This document shows, piece by piece, positions 1 to 9,159 of a DNA stretch of 24,000 nucleotides. Numbering within the stretch: the stretch's first letter is position 1; the number at the start of each line of letters is the position of its first letter. Both the position numbers and the translations under genes were made by a program. The notes beneath the pieces were generated by a model that saw only the letters and a program-made list of their open reading frames with translations, had not been told where the DNA came from and did not search any database. Source of the stretch: Aigarchaeota archaeon. Lineage in GTDB: Archaea; Thermoproteota; Nitrososphaeria_A; Caldarchaeales; Wolframiiraptoraceae. The stretch is taken from the NCBI GenBank assembly GCA_025058515.1, contig JANXDW010000015.1, positions 16,937 to 40,936 of the forward strand. The letters are read 5' to 3'.

Positions 1-1
1 C

Positions 2-1375
2 TACAAACCAGATTCTGGTGAGATATACATAGAGGGGAGGCGTGTAGAGATAAGATCTCCTAAAGAAGCAATAAAACTAGGTATAGGTATGGTTCATCAA
101 AACTTCAAACTCATTCCTCAACATACTGTACTTGAGAATGTAATTCTTGGGTTAAAAGATGTGGGATTCATAATAGATAGTAAGAAGATTGGAGAAGAGA
201 TAAAGAAGTTAGCAGAACAATATAATTGGAAGATAGATCCTCACGTATTTGTCTGGCAGCTCTCAGCTGGAGAGAAGCAGCAGGTTGAGTTGTTAAAGAT
301 TCTATATAGAAAGGCCAAGATACTGATCTTAGATGAACCTACATCTGTTCTAACTCCTCAAGAATGCAAGTATCTATTTTATGCTCTAAGAATGATGGTG
401 AAGGAAGGTAGAGGAGTCATCTTTATTACACATAAGTTAGATGAAGCTCTAGCTATCAGCGATCGAGTAACTGTAATGAGAAGGGGGAAGGTCGTAGCGA
501 CAAAGAATACTTGGGAGACGGATATTAAAGAGCTTGCGAGCTTCATGATCGGTAGACCAGTACTCTTCAATATTGAAAAGAATAAAACATATTCAGATGA
601 AGAATTAGTTATAGTGAGAAACTTGAAAGTTTTCAACGACGCTGGTGTACTCTCATTGAAGAACGTAAACTTAACGATAAGGAAGAATGAGATCTTCGGT
701 ATAATCGGTGTAACTGGGAATGGGCAGCAAGAATTAGCAGAAGTCTTAGCTGGTTTAAGGAGACCAGTAGATGGAGAGATAATAATTGATGGTATAAAGA
801 TTGTTGATCCAAATCCTCAGAAGATGATAGAACTCGGTGTAGCATATATCCCTCCAGAACCTATGAAGTACGGGGTAGCTCCAAACCTCTCCGTAATAGA
901 CAACCTATTTCTAAAAGCTTATAGGTATAGACCATACTCAAAGAAGATATTCATAGATATAAAGAAGATGGAGAAGAAAGCTGAAGAAATTGTAGAAAAG
1001 TTTAACATAGTTTGTCCAAGTCCTTCTATCAAAGTTAGGTCACTATCTGGTGGAAATATACAGAGGTTAATCCTCGCTAGAGAACTCTCAGAATTGATCG
1101 GAGGAGTAAGGTCGAAGCTTATTATTGCAACTTATCCAACTAAAGGTTTAGATATAGCTGCTGCAGAATTCTTAAACAAGAGCTTAATAGAGTATAGTAA
1201 GCTAGGTACAAGTATACTCTATATCACAGAAGATATAGAAGAAGCAATGATGGTTTGCGATAGAATTGGAGTTATTCATGATGGAAAGATCGTTGGAACA
1301 TTTAAGCCAGGTGAAGTAAGTGTAGAAAAGATAGGTTTGATGATGGCTGGAGCAGATGCTTCAATCTCATCTTAG
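2..1375 (+). CDS. ABC transporter ATP-binding protein with two ABC domains, nucleoside/BMP (PnrA/YufO-like) type; truncated at the window's 5' edge
   Basis: The frame is open upstream of the listed ATG at 89 (YKPDSGEIYIEGRRVEIRSPKEAIKLGIGMVHQNF). First-domain signature LSAGEKQQVELLKILYRKAKILILDEPTS. Second domain has a degenerate Walker A (GVTGNGQQEL) and LSGGNIQRLILARE. Followed by two permease genes. Confidence 0.93.
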   Translation, partial: YKPDSGEIYIEGRRVEIRSPKEAIKLGIGMVHQNFKLIPQHTVLENVILGLKDVGFIIDSKKIGEEIKKLAEQYNWKIDPHVFVWQLSAGEKQQVELLKILYRKAKILILDEPTSVLTPQECKYLFYALRMMVKEGRGVIFITHKLDEALAISDRVTVMRRGKVVATKNTWETDIKELASFMIGRPVLFNIEKNKTYSDEELVIVRNLKVFNDAGVLSLKNVNLTIRKNEIFGIIGVTGNGQQELAEVLAGLRRPVDGEIIIDGIKIVDPNPQKMIELGVAYIPPEPMKYGVAPNLSVIDNLFLKAYRYRPYSKKIFIDIKKMEKKAEEIVEKFNIVCPSPSIKVRSLSGGNIQRLILARELSELIGGVRSKLIIATYPTKGLDIAAAEFLNKSLIEYSKLGTSILYITEDIEEAMMVCDRIGVIHDGKIVGTFKPGEVSVEKIGLMMAGADASISS

Positions 1376-2496
1376 TGGTGGTGAAGTTGATTAAATATCG
1401 CTTGAGACCAAATGTAGTAGTCAAGATAGAGAGAAGACTCCATTATCCTCGTAAACTATCAGTCTTATCAACGATATTAAGCATCTTGATAGCTTTCGGA
1501 GTAGCTGGAGCTGCACTTACTATACTAGGTGCAGATGCATTAATAGCTTATAGCCAGATAATCGCAGTCTTCATTACACCTTCACTACTGATCGAGACTA
1601 TCAAGTACGCTATCCCAATAGGATTTGCAGCATTAGGCTTAAACATAGCCTTCAGAATGAATTTCTGGAATATCGGGGCAGAAGGCCAGATATATCTAGG
1701 AATGTTTGCATCTACAGGCATAGTTCTACTCCATGTATACTATGGAATGTTCCCAGAGTACTTTGTACTCCCAATGATGATCGTAACATCGTTTATAGCT
1801 GGAGGTGCATGGTGTGCCCTCCCTTCTTTTCTTAAAGCAAAGATGAAGGTAAATGAGATACTTACAACATTGATGATGAACTATATAGCTATATACTTTG
1901 TAGATTACTTAATATATGGACCGTGGAGAGATCCAAAAGGGTTTGGATTTCCCTTATCAATACCTTTCCCAGAATATGCTAAACTAACCTTAATCTTTGG
2001 CGAATCCACCTACCTAGGGTCGATCCTCTTCATAGCTATGGCAACACTAGTCTACTGTATCTTAAAGTATACTAAACTTGGGTTTGAGTTAAAGATTGTT
2101 GGAGAAAGCCTAGATACAGCAAGATATGCAGGAACCAACTTAACTAAAGTTATTACTCTTGGAGGTTTCCTATCTGGAGGTTTCGCAGGATTAGGTGGAT
2201 TAACGATAGTGAGCGGTATTATCGGGAGACTTAGACCTAGAGCATCGGCTGGGTATGGCTACACAGCGATAATAGTAACTCTTCTATCAACGCTCAATCC
2301 ATGGTTAATAATACCTACGAGCATCTTCTTCGGAGGATTATTTGTAGCTGGGAACACACTTCAAGTAACATTAAACATACCTGGAGCTACCATAGAGATG
2401 TTACAAGCATTAATATTCTTATTCATATTATTTGGAGAATTGTTCAAGCGTTATAAGATAACTATACTCACGGGAGGTGGTAAACCTGAGCCTTGA
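1375..2496 (+). CDS. ABC transporter permease, BMP/nucleoside family (YufP-like)
   Basis: Multi-TM protein with the GLNIAFRMNFWNIGAEGQIYLG motif typical of this family. GTG start overlaps the stop codon of the ATPase gene. Confidence 0.92.
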   Translation: MVVKLIKYRLRPNVVVKIERRLHYPRKLSVLSTILSILIAFGVAGAALTILGADALIAYSQIIAVFITPSLLIETIKYAIPIGFAALGLNIAFRMNFWNIGAEGQIYLGMFASTGIVLLHVYYGMFPEYFVLPMMIVTSFIAGGAWCALPSFLKAKMKVNEILTTLMMNYIAIYFVDYLIYGPWRDPKGFGFPLSIPFPEYAKLTLIFGESTYLGSILFIAMATLVYCILKYTKLGFELKIVGESLDTARYAGTNLTKVITLGGFLSGGFAGLGGLTIVSGIIGRLRPRASAGYGYTAIIVTLLSTLNPWLIIPTSIFFGGLFVAGNTLQVTLNIPGATIEMLQALIFLFILFGELFKRYKITILTGGGKPEP

Positions 2497-3469
2497 ATGG
2501 TTTGAACAAGTATTTCAGCTAACTGTCCAGATGGGTACAATATACCTTATAGCATCTCTTGGAGAAGTCTATGCGGAACGTTCAGGGGTCTTAAATTTAG
2601 GGTTAGAAGGAATGATGATCATGGGTGCAGCAATCTCCTTCATATTCACCATAGCTTACGGTCATCTTGTAGCTATACTCATGGCCGCTCTGATTGGAGT
2701 ATTGATGAGCCTTATTCTCGCAGTCATGGCTATACATCTAAGGTTAAATCAAGTAATAGTAGGTTTGGCTTTAACATTACTTGGACTAGGTTTAAGCGGT
2801 CTCATAACATTTCCAGATATAAGAAGAAGGATACTATCATCTTTAAACCCATCTTTACCTGAGAGTATGTTGATGATACAACAAGCTGAGAAGCTTCCGG
2901 AGATCCCTATACCATTACTCTCTCAAATACCTTTAATTGGAAAAACATTCTTTACACATAATATACTCGTCTATACCTCACTTATACTTGCAATAATTAT
3001 GTGGTTTATACTCTTCAAGACTAGGTATGGACTCATTATTAGATCTGTTGGAGAAAACCCTTCTATGGCTGATTCTCTTGGTGTAAACGTTTTCCTAGTA
3101 AGATATGTAACAGTAGTGATAAGTGGATTGTTTGCAAGTCTTGCTGGAGCTTACTTCTTTATAGGTTTCCACCCATTCTGGAGAGAAGGAGTTACCGCTG
3201 GAAGAGGATTCATATCACTTGCACTCGTTATACTAGCTACATGGAATCCACTAAGAGCTATACTAGGAGCATACCTCTTCGGAGGAGTCGAGACCTTCCA
3301 GTATAGACTTCAACTATTCGGTCTAGGCGCTCAATCTCCTTACTTTTTAGCTATGCTCCCATACATTATAACAATAATAACATTAATCTTGATCTCTATC
3401 GAGAGTATTAGGAAGAGGATAGGAGTACCTGCTTCATTGGGAACACCCTACTCTAGAGAAGAAGCTTAG
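2477..3469 (+). CDS. ABC transporter permease, BMP/nucleoside family (YufQ-like)
   Basis: LGEVYAERSGVLNLGLEGMMIMGA motif, multi-TM. GTG start overlaps the end of the upstream permease gene. Confidence 0.92.
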   Translation: MVNLSLEWFEQVFQLTVQMGTIYLIASLGEVYAERSGVLNLGLEGMMIMGAAISFIFTIAYGHLVAILMAALIGVLMSLILAVMAIHLRLNQVIVGLALTLLGLGLSGLITFPDIRRRILSSLNPSLPESMLMIQQAEKLPEIPIPLLSQIPLIGKTFFTHNILVYTSLILAIIMWFILFKTRYGLIIRSVGENPSMADSLGVNVFLVRYVTVVISGLFASLAGAYFFIGFHPFWREGVTAGRGFISLALVILATWNPLRAILGAYLFGGVETFQYRLQLFGLGAQSPYFLAMLPYIITIITLILISIESIRKRIGVPASLGTPYSREEA

Positions 3470-3618
3470 TAGAGACCGCCATCAAGTAGATTAATTGAGA
3501 GAAGTTCACTTTATCAGATGGTTAGAGATTTACATCTAGAGGTATATTCATTAAACCAGTCGCAAATAATCTAGCTTTAAGAATCGTCAAAGACGCTTCC
3601 AGCAACTCGATGGGTATT

Positions 3619-3891
3619 TTATTCTTTCTTTTCTTCTTTTAATTCTTTCTCAAGTTCTTTCTCAATCTCTTCGATCGGCTTTGGTGGAGGAGTTGTTGCC
3701 AACGTATATCCTATCCATGCGAGTACAGCAAGCACGCCTGTTACCGCTATAAATGCTGTAACCTTCAACACTATCATCCCCCAATCTGTGAAGAATAGTA
3801 GCCAATTATAGATTATTATCCCTATGATAGATCCTATTAAGATCAATAAACCAATTAACATATCTCTATTCAATTTCTGATTCCACTCCAA
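3619..3891 (-). CDS. Small two-TM hypothetical membrane protein with a charged Glu/Lys-rich C-terminal tail
   Basis: 90 aa ORF with two hydrophobic segments and the tail PIEEIEKELEKELKEEKKE. It lies alone between the ABC cassette and aroA. Confidence 0.6.
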   Translation of the reverse strand: MEWNQKLNRDMLIGLLILIGSIIGIIIYNWLLFFTDWGMIVLKVTAFIAVTGVLAVLAWIGYTLATTPPPKPIEEIEKELEKELKEEKKE

Positions 3892-3961
3892 TATTAGAAT
3901 CCATCATAGGGTTACATTTATACGTTTCCCATTTCATATCACAAAACAATATCAAGGAAAT

Positions 3962-4025
3962 CCATCCCACTTTTGATTTCTCATACACTATTTAAATAAA
4001 CCCATCCACTTTTGATTTCTCATAC
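3962..4025. repeat. Pair of near-identical 24-25 nt direct repeats, C-CATCC(C)ACTTTTGATTTCTCATAC, separated by about 15 nt
   Basis: 3962-3986 ccatcccacttttgatttctcatac and 4002-4025 ccatccacttttgatttctcatac; they differ by one C. The spacer actatttaaataaac is TATA-like. Confidence 0.8.
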
Positions 4026-4202
4026 TAATTTTCCCCTATAAGGCTTAACCCTGCATAATCAATTCTTTCATAGCTACATAATTTCTCAATATAATTTAAC
4101 CTCGTATATGATAATACATTGGTTCTTTGACCTTCTCTAGATGGAGAGTGAAATGTCAGAAAAATACTTGTGAACTCAATATTTAGAGTTTATATCTTTG
4201 TG

Positions 4203-5516
4203 ATGCAGTTTAAAAGTCTAGAGAAATTGGATAGATTATATGTTAATCCTTCAGTTATGTGTGGTCGAATAAGAGCTCCACCTAGTAAGAGCTATACTCA
4301 TAGAGCTTATGCCTTATCTCTACTCGTAGATGGAAGAAGTATTATAGAGAGTCCACTTAAGTCGGGGGATACTCAAGCAACTTTAAGAGCATGTAAACAG
4401 TTTGGAGCCATGGTCTTTGAAGAAAATGAGTCCACCACCATCATTGGCAGTAGATTAAATTTACCTGAAGATGTAGTAGATGCAGAAAACTCTGGAACCA
4501 CTCTCAGAATTTTTACAGCTATATCTACTCTCGCTCCACCAGGATACGTAGTATTAACAGGTGATGAAAGCTTAAGGAGAAGACCTATGCAGCCACTTCT
4601 CGATGCTCTTAAACATCTAGGAGTAGAATGTTGGTCAACTAGAGGGAACGGATGTGCGCCAATTATAGTTAAATCAGGAGGTCTCAAAGGTGGAGAAACG
4701 ATCATCAGGGGAGATATATCTTCTCAGTTTATCTCAGCATTATTGATAGCTTCTACAAAAGCTAAAGAAGAAACAAGAATAAAGATTGAAAGCGATATAG
4801 TTTCAAAGAAGTATATTGATGCAACTATAGAAGTTTTAAAAAGATATGGATATACTGTTAGGAGAGATGAATACCAACTATTTATAGTAGAGCCTAACCA
4901 ATCTGGACGCTCAACACATTTCAAGATACCTGGAGATTTTAGCTCTGCCTCTTTTATTCTTGCTGGAGCATACTTAACAAATGGAAAGGTTGAGGTAGAG
5001 AATCTTAGCCTAGAGCTTCCACAAGCAGACTCAGCAATAATCGATATTCTTAAAGATTTTGATAATAAAGTCTACATCAATAGTTCTAAGATAGTTGTTG
5101 AAAGCTCTGGGATAAGTTCAGGTGATAGAGAATACGATCTTAAAGATTCTCCAGACCTTGTCCCAGTAGTTGCGGTAATGGCCTCCAAGTCTATTGGAGA
5201 AACGATTATTAAAGGTGTTAAACATGCAAGATTTAAAGAGAGTGATAGAATTACGTCAACTGCGATAGAATTGAGGAAGCTAGGTGTAGACGTAGAAGTA
5301 TATGAAGATGGTATGAAGATACGTGGTAAAGAAGAGATCGAGGGAGGAGTAGAATTGGATCCACATAATGATCATCGATTATCTATGGCCTTCTCGATAC
5401 TAGCAGCATCTACAAAAAGAGGATGTATAATCAGTGGATTAAGGTGGGCTGAGATCTCTTACCCAAACTTCTTAGAAGACTTAAAGAGATTAAACATCTC
5501 ATTTAGAGAAGTTTAA
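4203..5516 (+). CDS. aroA: 3-phosphoshikimate 1-carboxyvinyltransferase (EPSP synthase)
   Basis: Motifs SKSYTHRAYALSLLVDG, LENSGTTLRIF, DISSQFISALLIA and DHRLSMAFSILA. The track ORF starts at GTG 4170; the internal ATG at 4203 (MQFKSLEKL) looks like the better start. Confidence 0.95.
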   Translation: MQFKSLEKLDRLYVNPSVMCGRIRAPPSKSYTHRAYALSLLVDGRSIIESPLKSGDTQATLRACKQFGAMVFEENESTTIIGSRLNLPEDVVDAENSGTTLRIFTAISTLAPPGYVVLTGDESLRRRPMQPLLDALKHLGVECWSTRGNGCAPIIVKSGGLKGGETIIRGDISSQFISALLIASTKAKEETRIKIESDIVSKKYIDATIEVLKRYGYTVRRDEYQLFIVEPNQSGRSTHFKIPGDFSSASFILAGAYLTNGKVEVENLSLELPQADSAIIDILKDFDNKVYINSSKIVVESSGISSGDREYDLKDSPDLVPVVAVMASKSIGETIIKGVKHARFKESDRITSTAIELRKLGVDVEVYEDGMKIRGKEEIEGGVELDPHNDHRLSMAFSILAASTKRGCIISGLRWAEISYPNFLEDLKRLNISFREV

Positions 5517-5690
5517 AAACTAAGATATTATCGATAGAGTTTAGATGTATCCATCTTAACGTAGAAAGTCGTGATAGCATTTAACCAGTAGATTTAGAAT
5601 AGAACTGGTCAATATTTGGTTAGAAGAATTCAAAAGCATTATAACTAGAAATCTTGATAAATTTGGAAAATATGTTATTAAAGGGTAGGT

Positions 5691-6791
5691 GTGACTGGAA
5701 ACATTTTTGGTAAGAGATTTGTAGTAGTAAGCTTTGGTGAAAGCCATGGTAGATGTATTGGTGCAGTAGTAGATGGATGTCCAGCTGGACTAGAACTCTC
5801 AGAAATAGATATTCAAAGAGAGCTGGATTTAAGGAAGCCTGGAATCTCAGAAGTCTCTACAAAGAGAGTAGAAGAAGATAGAGTAGAGATCTTATCAGGG
5901 GTCTTCAATGGATTTACTACAGGTGCACCGATATGCATGATCGTCTGGAATCGAGATATAGAGAGTAGAGATTATGAAGCATTAAGATATAGACCTAGAC
6001 CAAGTCATGCAGATTATTTTGCATACGTAAAGTATGGAGGATTCAATGATTATAGAGGTGGAGGAAGATTCTCTGGCAGAATAACAGTAAGCTTCGTTAT
6101 GGCGGGAGCAGTAGCCAAGAAGCTTTTAAAGAAGTTGCTTGGCATAGAGATTCTAGCCTACTCATTAGAGATAGGTGGAGAGAGAGCGGAGAACTTCACA
6201 CTTGAAGATGTTAAGAATATAAGGTATGAGAATGATGTAAGAGCACCGACCCATGAATCTGCTAAGAGAATGAAAGAGAAAATTTTAGAGGTTATGTCTA
6301 AAGGAGACAGTGTAGGTGGGATAATTGAATGTATCGCAATAGGATTACCTATAGGGTTGGGTGAACCGGTATTCGATGCTCTTGACTCTGATCTAGCAAA
6401 AGCACTTCTCTCTATACCAGGAGTTAAAGGTGTAGAATTTGGAGCAGGCTTTAAAGCATCTAAGATGCTCGGCTCTCAACATAATGATCCCATGACGATC
6501 CATGATAGAGAGATAGTTATCCAGAAGAATAATGCTGGAGGAGTTGTTGGAGGACTCTCAACTGGAGCACCATTAATCTTTAGAGTTGTAGTTAAACCTC
6601 CATCATCTATAGCCATAAAGCAGAAGACAGTAGATATCATAGAAAAAAGAGAGGTAGAGATCATTGTAACGGGTAGACACGATCCATGTATCGTTCCAAG
6701 AGCAGTACCAGTAGTTGAATCTATAACAGCTATAGTATTAGCTGACCATGCTATAAGAGGAGGGTTTATTCCCACAGTCATAAAAGATTGA
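5691..6791 (+). CDS. aroC: Chorismate synthase
   Basis: GTG start. Motifs GNIFGKRFVVVSFGESHG, RPRPSHADY, GGGRFSGRITVSFVMAGAVAKKLL and GRHDPCIVPRAVPVVE. A GGTAGGTG ribosome-binding-like stretch lies just upstream. Confidence 0.97.
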   Translation: MTGNIFGKRFVVVSFGESHGRCIGAVVDGCPAGLELSEIDIQRELDLRKPGISEVSTKRVEEDRVEILSGVFNGFTTGAPICMIVWNRDIESRDYEALRYRPRPSHADYFAYVKYGGFNDYRGGGRFSGRITVSFVMAGAVAKKLLKKLLGIEILAYSLEIGGERAENFTLEDVKNIRYENDVRAPTHESAKRMKEKILEVMSKGDSVGGIIECIAIGLPIGLGEPVFDALDSDLAKALLSIPGVKGVEFGAGFKASKMLGSQHNDPMTIHDREIVIQKNNAGGVVGGLSTGAPLIFRVVVKPPSSIAIKQKTVDIIEKREVEIIVTGRHDPCIVPRAVPVVESITAIVLADHAIRGGFIPTVIKD

Positions 6792-6803
6792 TCTCGAAGA
6801 TAG

Positions 6804-7454
6804 TTGGTGAAGTCTGTGGTATGGGTTTCAGTAGGAGTAGATTTAGCAGGATCACAGAAGAGAAGAACTGGATTGTGTAGGATGTCCATGAACCTCTACT
6901 CTGAAACATGTGTAAAGAAAAGTGATGAAGATATTTTGAGCTTTATCTTATCATCAGACCCAGAGATCGTAGCTGTAGATGCACCTCTCAGTATGCCTAA
7001 AGATAGAGAGTATTTTCGGATCTGTGATAAAAAACTATTAGAGATGGGCATACGCATAATTCCACCAAGATTTAAAAGTATGAAGATGCTTACTGAGAGA
7101 GCGATAATCTTGAAGAAGAAACTTGAAGAACATGGATTCGAGGTGATTGAAGTTTATCCAAGTGCTGCTCAAGATATCTTGAAGATACCGAGGAGGAGTG
7201 AAGGGATAGATTCTTTAAGAGAAGGTTTGATGAAGATAGGTGTTAAAGGATTTAGATCAGATGAATGTATCCACGAACTCGATGCGGTTACATGTGCTTT
7301 GACAGGTATAGCTTATCTAAGAAATTGTTATATTGCAGTTGGAGATCCTTCTGAATGCATAGTTATCCTACCCACGTATGATATAATTGAAAAATCAAGA
7401 GTTGGAATACACTCACCTAACCATCAAATCTCGAGAAAAGAGAAAAATGATTAG
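6804..7454 (+). CDS. DUF429-like protein (predicted RNase H-like fold)
   Basis: TTG start with VGVDLAGSQKRRTGLCRM at the N-terminus, then EIVAVDAPLSMP, VIEVYPSAAQDIL and DELDAVTCALTG-type motifs (here HELDAVTCALTGIAYL). Confidence 0.8.
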   Translation: MVKSVVWVSVGVDLAGSQKRRTGLCRMSMNLYSETCVKKSDEDILSFILSSDPEIVAVDAPLSMPKDREYFRICDKKLLEMGIRIIPPRFKSMKMLTERAIILKKKLEEHGFEVIEVYPSAAQDILKIPRRSEGIDSLREGLMKIGVKGFRSDECIHELDAVTCALTGIAYLRNCYIAVGDPSECIVILPTYDIIEKSRVGIHSPNHQISRKEKND

Positions 7455-7531
7455 TTAAACTTAGCTATTGGATCGCTATCTCTCTAAAGATATGTATGTA
7501 TAAATTTTCTAAATTTACCTTGGAGTTAGAA

Positions 7532-7864
7532 TTAACTCTTTTTATCTTTTTTAACTTCATTTGAGATCCATTCGAGATACCTACTGTATCCAGAGATGAT
7601 CGGTAAAGCTATAATCTCAGGTACTTCATAACTATGTACTTCCTTAATCGTATTCTCTATATCAGCATATTTACTGGACTCCGTCTTTATCAAGCAGATC
7701 CATTCCCGAGCTTCCTCCATTTGATCTTTCCACCAATACATAGATTTAATAGGACCTATAATCTGTACACAAGCTGCCAACCTATCTCTAAGAAGTCTTT
7801 TAGCAATCTCTTCTGCTTTAGCTTCAGAATCAATCGTTGTTAAAACTTGAATATACTTGCTCAT
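7532..7864 (-). CDS. cutA: CutA1-family divalent-cation tolerance protein
   Basis: LAACVQIIGPIKSMYWWKDQMEEAREWICLIKT and HSYEVPEIIALPI are characteristic CutA1 sequences. Confidence 0.95.
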   Translation of the reverse strand: MSKYIQVLTTIDSEAKAEEIAKRLLRDRLAACVQIIGPIKSMYWWKDQMEEAREWICLIKTESSKYADIENTIKEVHSYEVPEIIALPIISGYSRYLEWISNEVKKDKKS

Positions 7865-7956
7865 ACATGTAGGTTATAATTAAAGCATCATAATAATATT
7901 ATCATCATCTCTATGAATCAAAATATTTCTAATGCAAAAATTTATACCGTAAAAAG

Positions 7957-7966
7957 ATTTTTTAAA
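7957..7966 (+). promoter_or_regulatory. Putative archaeal TATA element for the BtuF-like gene
   Basis: aaaaagattttttaaagtg, with a purine-rich BRE-like flank, about 60-80 nt upstream of the two candidate start codons. Confidence 0.4.
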
Positions 7967-8018
7967 GTGACTAGTAGGTATATGTTGGTTAATCTTTTCT
8001 AAAATAAGGTTAAATATT

Positions 8019-8035
8019 GGATGGATCATCCATCC
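8019..8035. promoter_or_regulatory. Perfect 17-bp palindrome GGATGGAT-C-ATCCATCC, possible operator
   Basis: The 8-nt arms are exact reverse complements around one central base. The site overlaps the ORF-track ATG (8021) and lies just before the likelier ATG at 8039. Confidence 0.4.
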
Positions 8036-8038
8036 ATC

Positions 8039-9133
8039 ATGAAAAAATATCTACAACTAGCTCTTTTAGTAGTCTTAGTAGTTAGCATCGGGCTAAATCT
8101 CTATCTAGCTACATCTTTGGGAAACGTTAAGACCGAAACCCAATATGTTACGTCTCAGACAACGGTAACAGTTACCACTGAGATCACTTACACCAAGACA
8201 ACTAATGTTAGAGAAACCGTTTATCCATTGAGAATAATAGATTTTATGAATAGAGAAGTTATCATAACTGATAAACCTAGAAGGATAATCTCATGTGCTC
8301 CTAGTAATACTGAGATCTTAGGAAGTTTAGGATTAATAAGCTACATCGTAGGTGTAGACGAGTTCAGCGATTATCCTCTTGAGGTAAAGAAACTTAGAGA
8401 TGAGGGTTCTATAGTAAATATCGGTGGTGTAGTCACTCTTAATGTAGAGAAGATCGTAGAACTTAAGCCTGATATCGTATTCATTAGCGCAAACCTCCAG
8501 GGAAAACTAGTACCCATCTTAGAAGAGAAAGGATTAACTGTAGTAGCTCTAGAAGCTAATAATATTCTCGATGTTTATAGAGGGATTATACTCATTGGAA
8601 AGATTATGAATATTGAAGAAGAGGCATTAAAAGTTGTAAACAATATTAGAGATAAGATAGACTCCATTCAGTTAAAGCTTGCGAATGTTCAATCTAAGAA
8701 GAGCATCATCGGTGTTATATGGCTTGAACCCATATGGGCTAGTGGAAGCAATACCTTCCTCAACGATATCATTAGTTTAGCAGGTGGATACAACTCTCTA
8801 ATAGATTCTAATGGATGGATTATGTCCAGCCCTGAGACTATTGTAGTTAGAAATCCTGAAGTAATCCTCGTTACAGCTATGTCTATTGGGTTAAAGCCTG
8901 ATGAAGTATTGGAAAAGATCAAGAATATCCAAGGAATGAGCTCTGTAGATGCAGTAAAAAATGATAACATCTACTTATTATATGGACAGGCTGAGAACAT
9001 ATTTCTTAGACCTGGACCGAGAATAGGAGAAGCAGTAGAATTATTAGCTAAGATACTTTACCCAGAGGTATTCAAGGTGAAGATTCCAAATGTTATTGGA
9101 GATGATTATAGAGAATACTTATCAGTAGGTTAA
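8039..9133 (+). CDS. Periplasmic-binding-protein-like lipoprotein or anchored protein, BtuF/FepB-type (cobalamin, iron-siderophore or heme)
   Basis: N-terminal TM/signal (MKKYLQLALLVVLVVSIGLNLYLATS). Then PRRIISCAPSNTEILGSLGLISYIVGVDEFSDYP and LKPDIVFIS...LVPILEEKGLTVVAL. The track ORF starts at 8021; 8039 gives a cleaner signal sequence. Confidence 0.88.
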   Translation: MKKYLQLALLVVLVVSIGLNLYLATSLGNVKTETQYVTSQTTVTVTTEITYTKTTNVRETVYPLRIIDFMNREVIITDKPRRIISCAPSNTEILGSLGLISYIVGVDEFSDYPLEVKKLRDEGSIVNIGGVVTLNVEKIVELKPDIVFISANLQGKLVPILEEKGLTVVALEANNILDVYRGIILIGKIMNIEEEALKVVNNIRDKIDSIQLKLANVQSKKSIIGVIWLEPIWASGSNTFLNDIISLAGGYNSLIDSNGWIMSSPETIVVRNPEVILVTAMSIGLKPDEVLEKIKNIQGMSSVDAVKNDNIYLLYGQAENIFLRPGPRIGEAVELLAKILYPEVFKVKIPNVIGDDYREYLSVG

Positions 9134-9159
9134 AGTAAATGTGAGCTGAGTGTTCTATA

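Noticed and set aside
379-845. Small minus-strand ORFs inside the ABC ATPase gene
   Set aside because: Opposite the conserved ABC signature regions; consistent with chance open frames.
3962-4025. CRISPR array interpretation of the 24-25 nt direct repeats
   Set aside because: Only two units with a 15-nt gap and no cas genes; kept as a generic repeat instead.
4373-4705. Antisense ORF inside aroA (110 aa)
   Set aside because: Fully opposite a well-supported aroA; low-complexity residues with no family motifs. Shadow ORF.
5556-5747. 63 aa minus-strand ORF between aroA and aroC, with 7634-7843 and 11936-12199 on the plus strand
   Set aside because: Short, no motifs, and each partly overlaps a confident gene.
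6476-6889. Antisense 137 aa ORF across the end of aroC and start of the DUF429 gene
   Set aside because: Overlaps two genes with clear motifs on the plus strand; Thr/Ser-rich translation with no recognisable domain.
8689-8970. Antisense ORF in the BtuF-like gene, with similar ones at 9093-9365 and 9444-9686
   Set aside because: Opposite conserved transporter genes; no motifs of their own.
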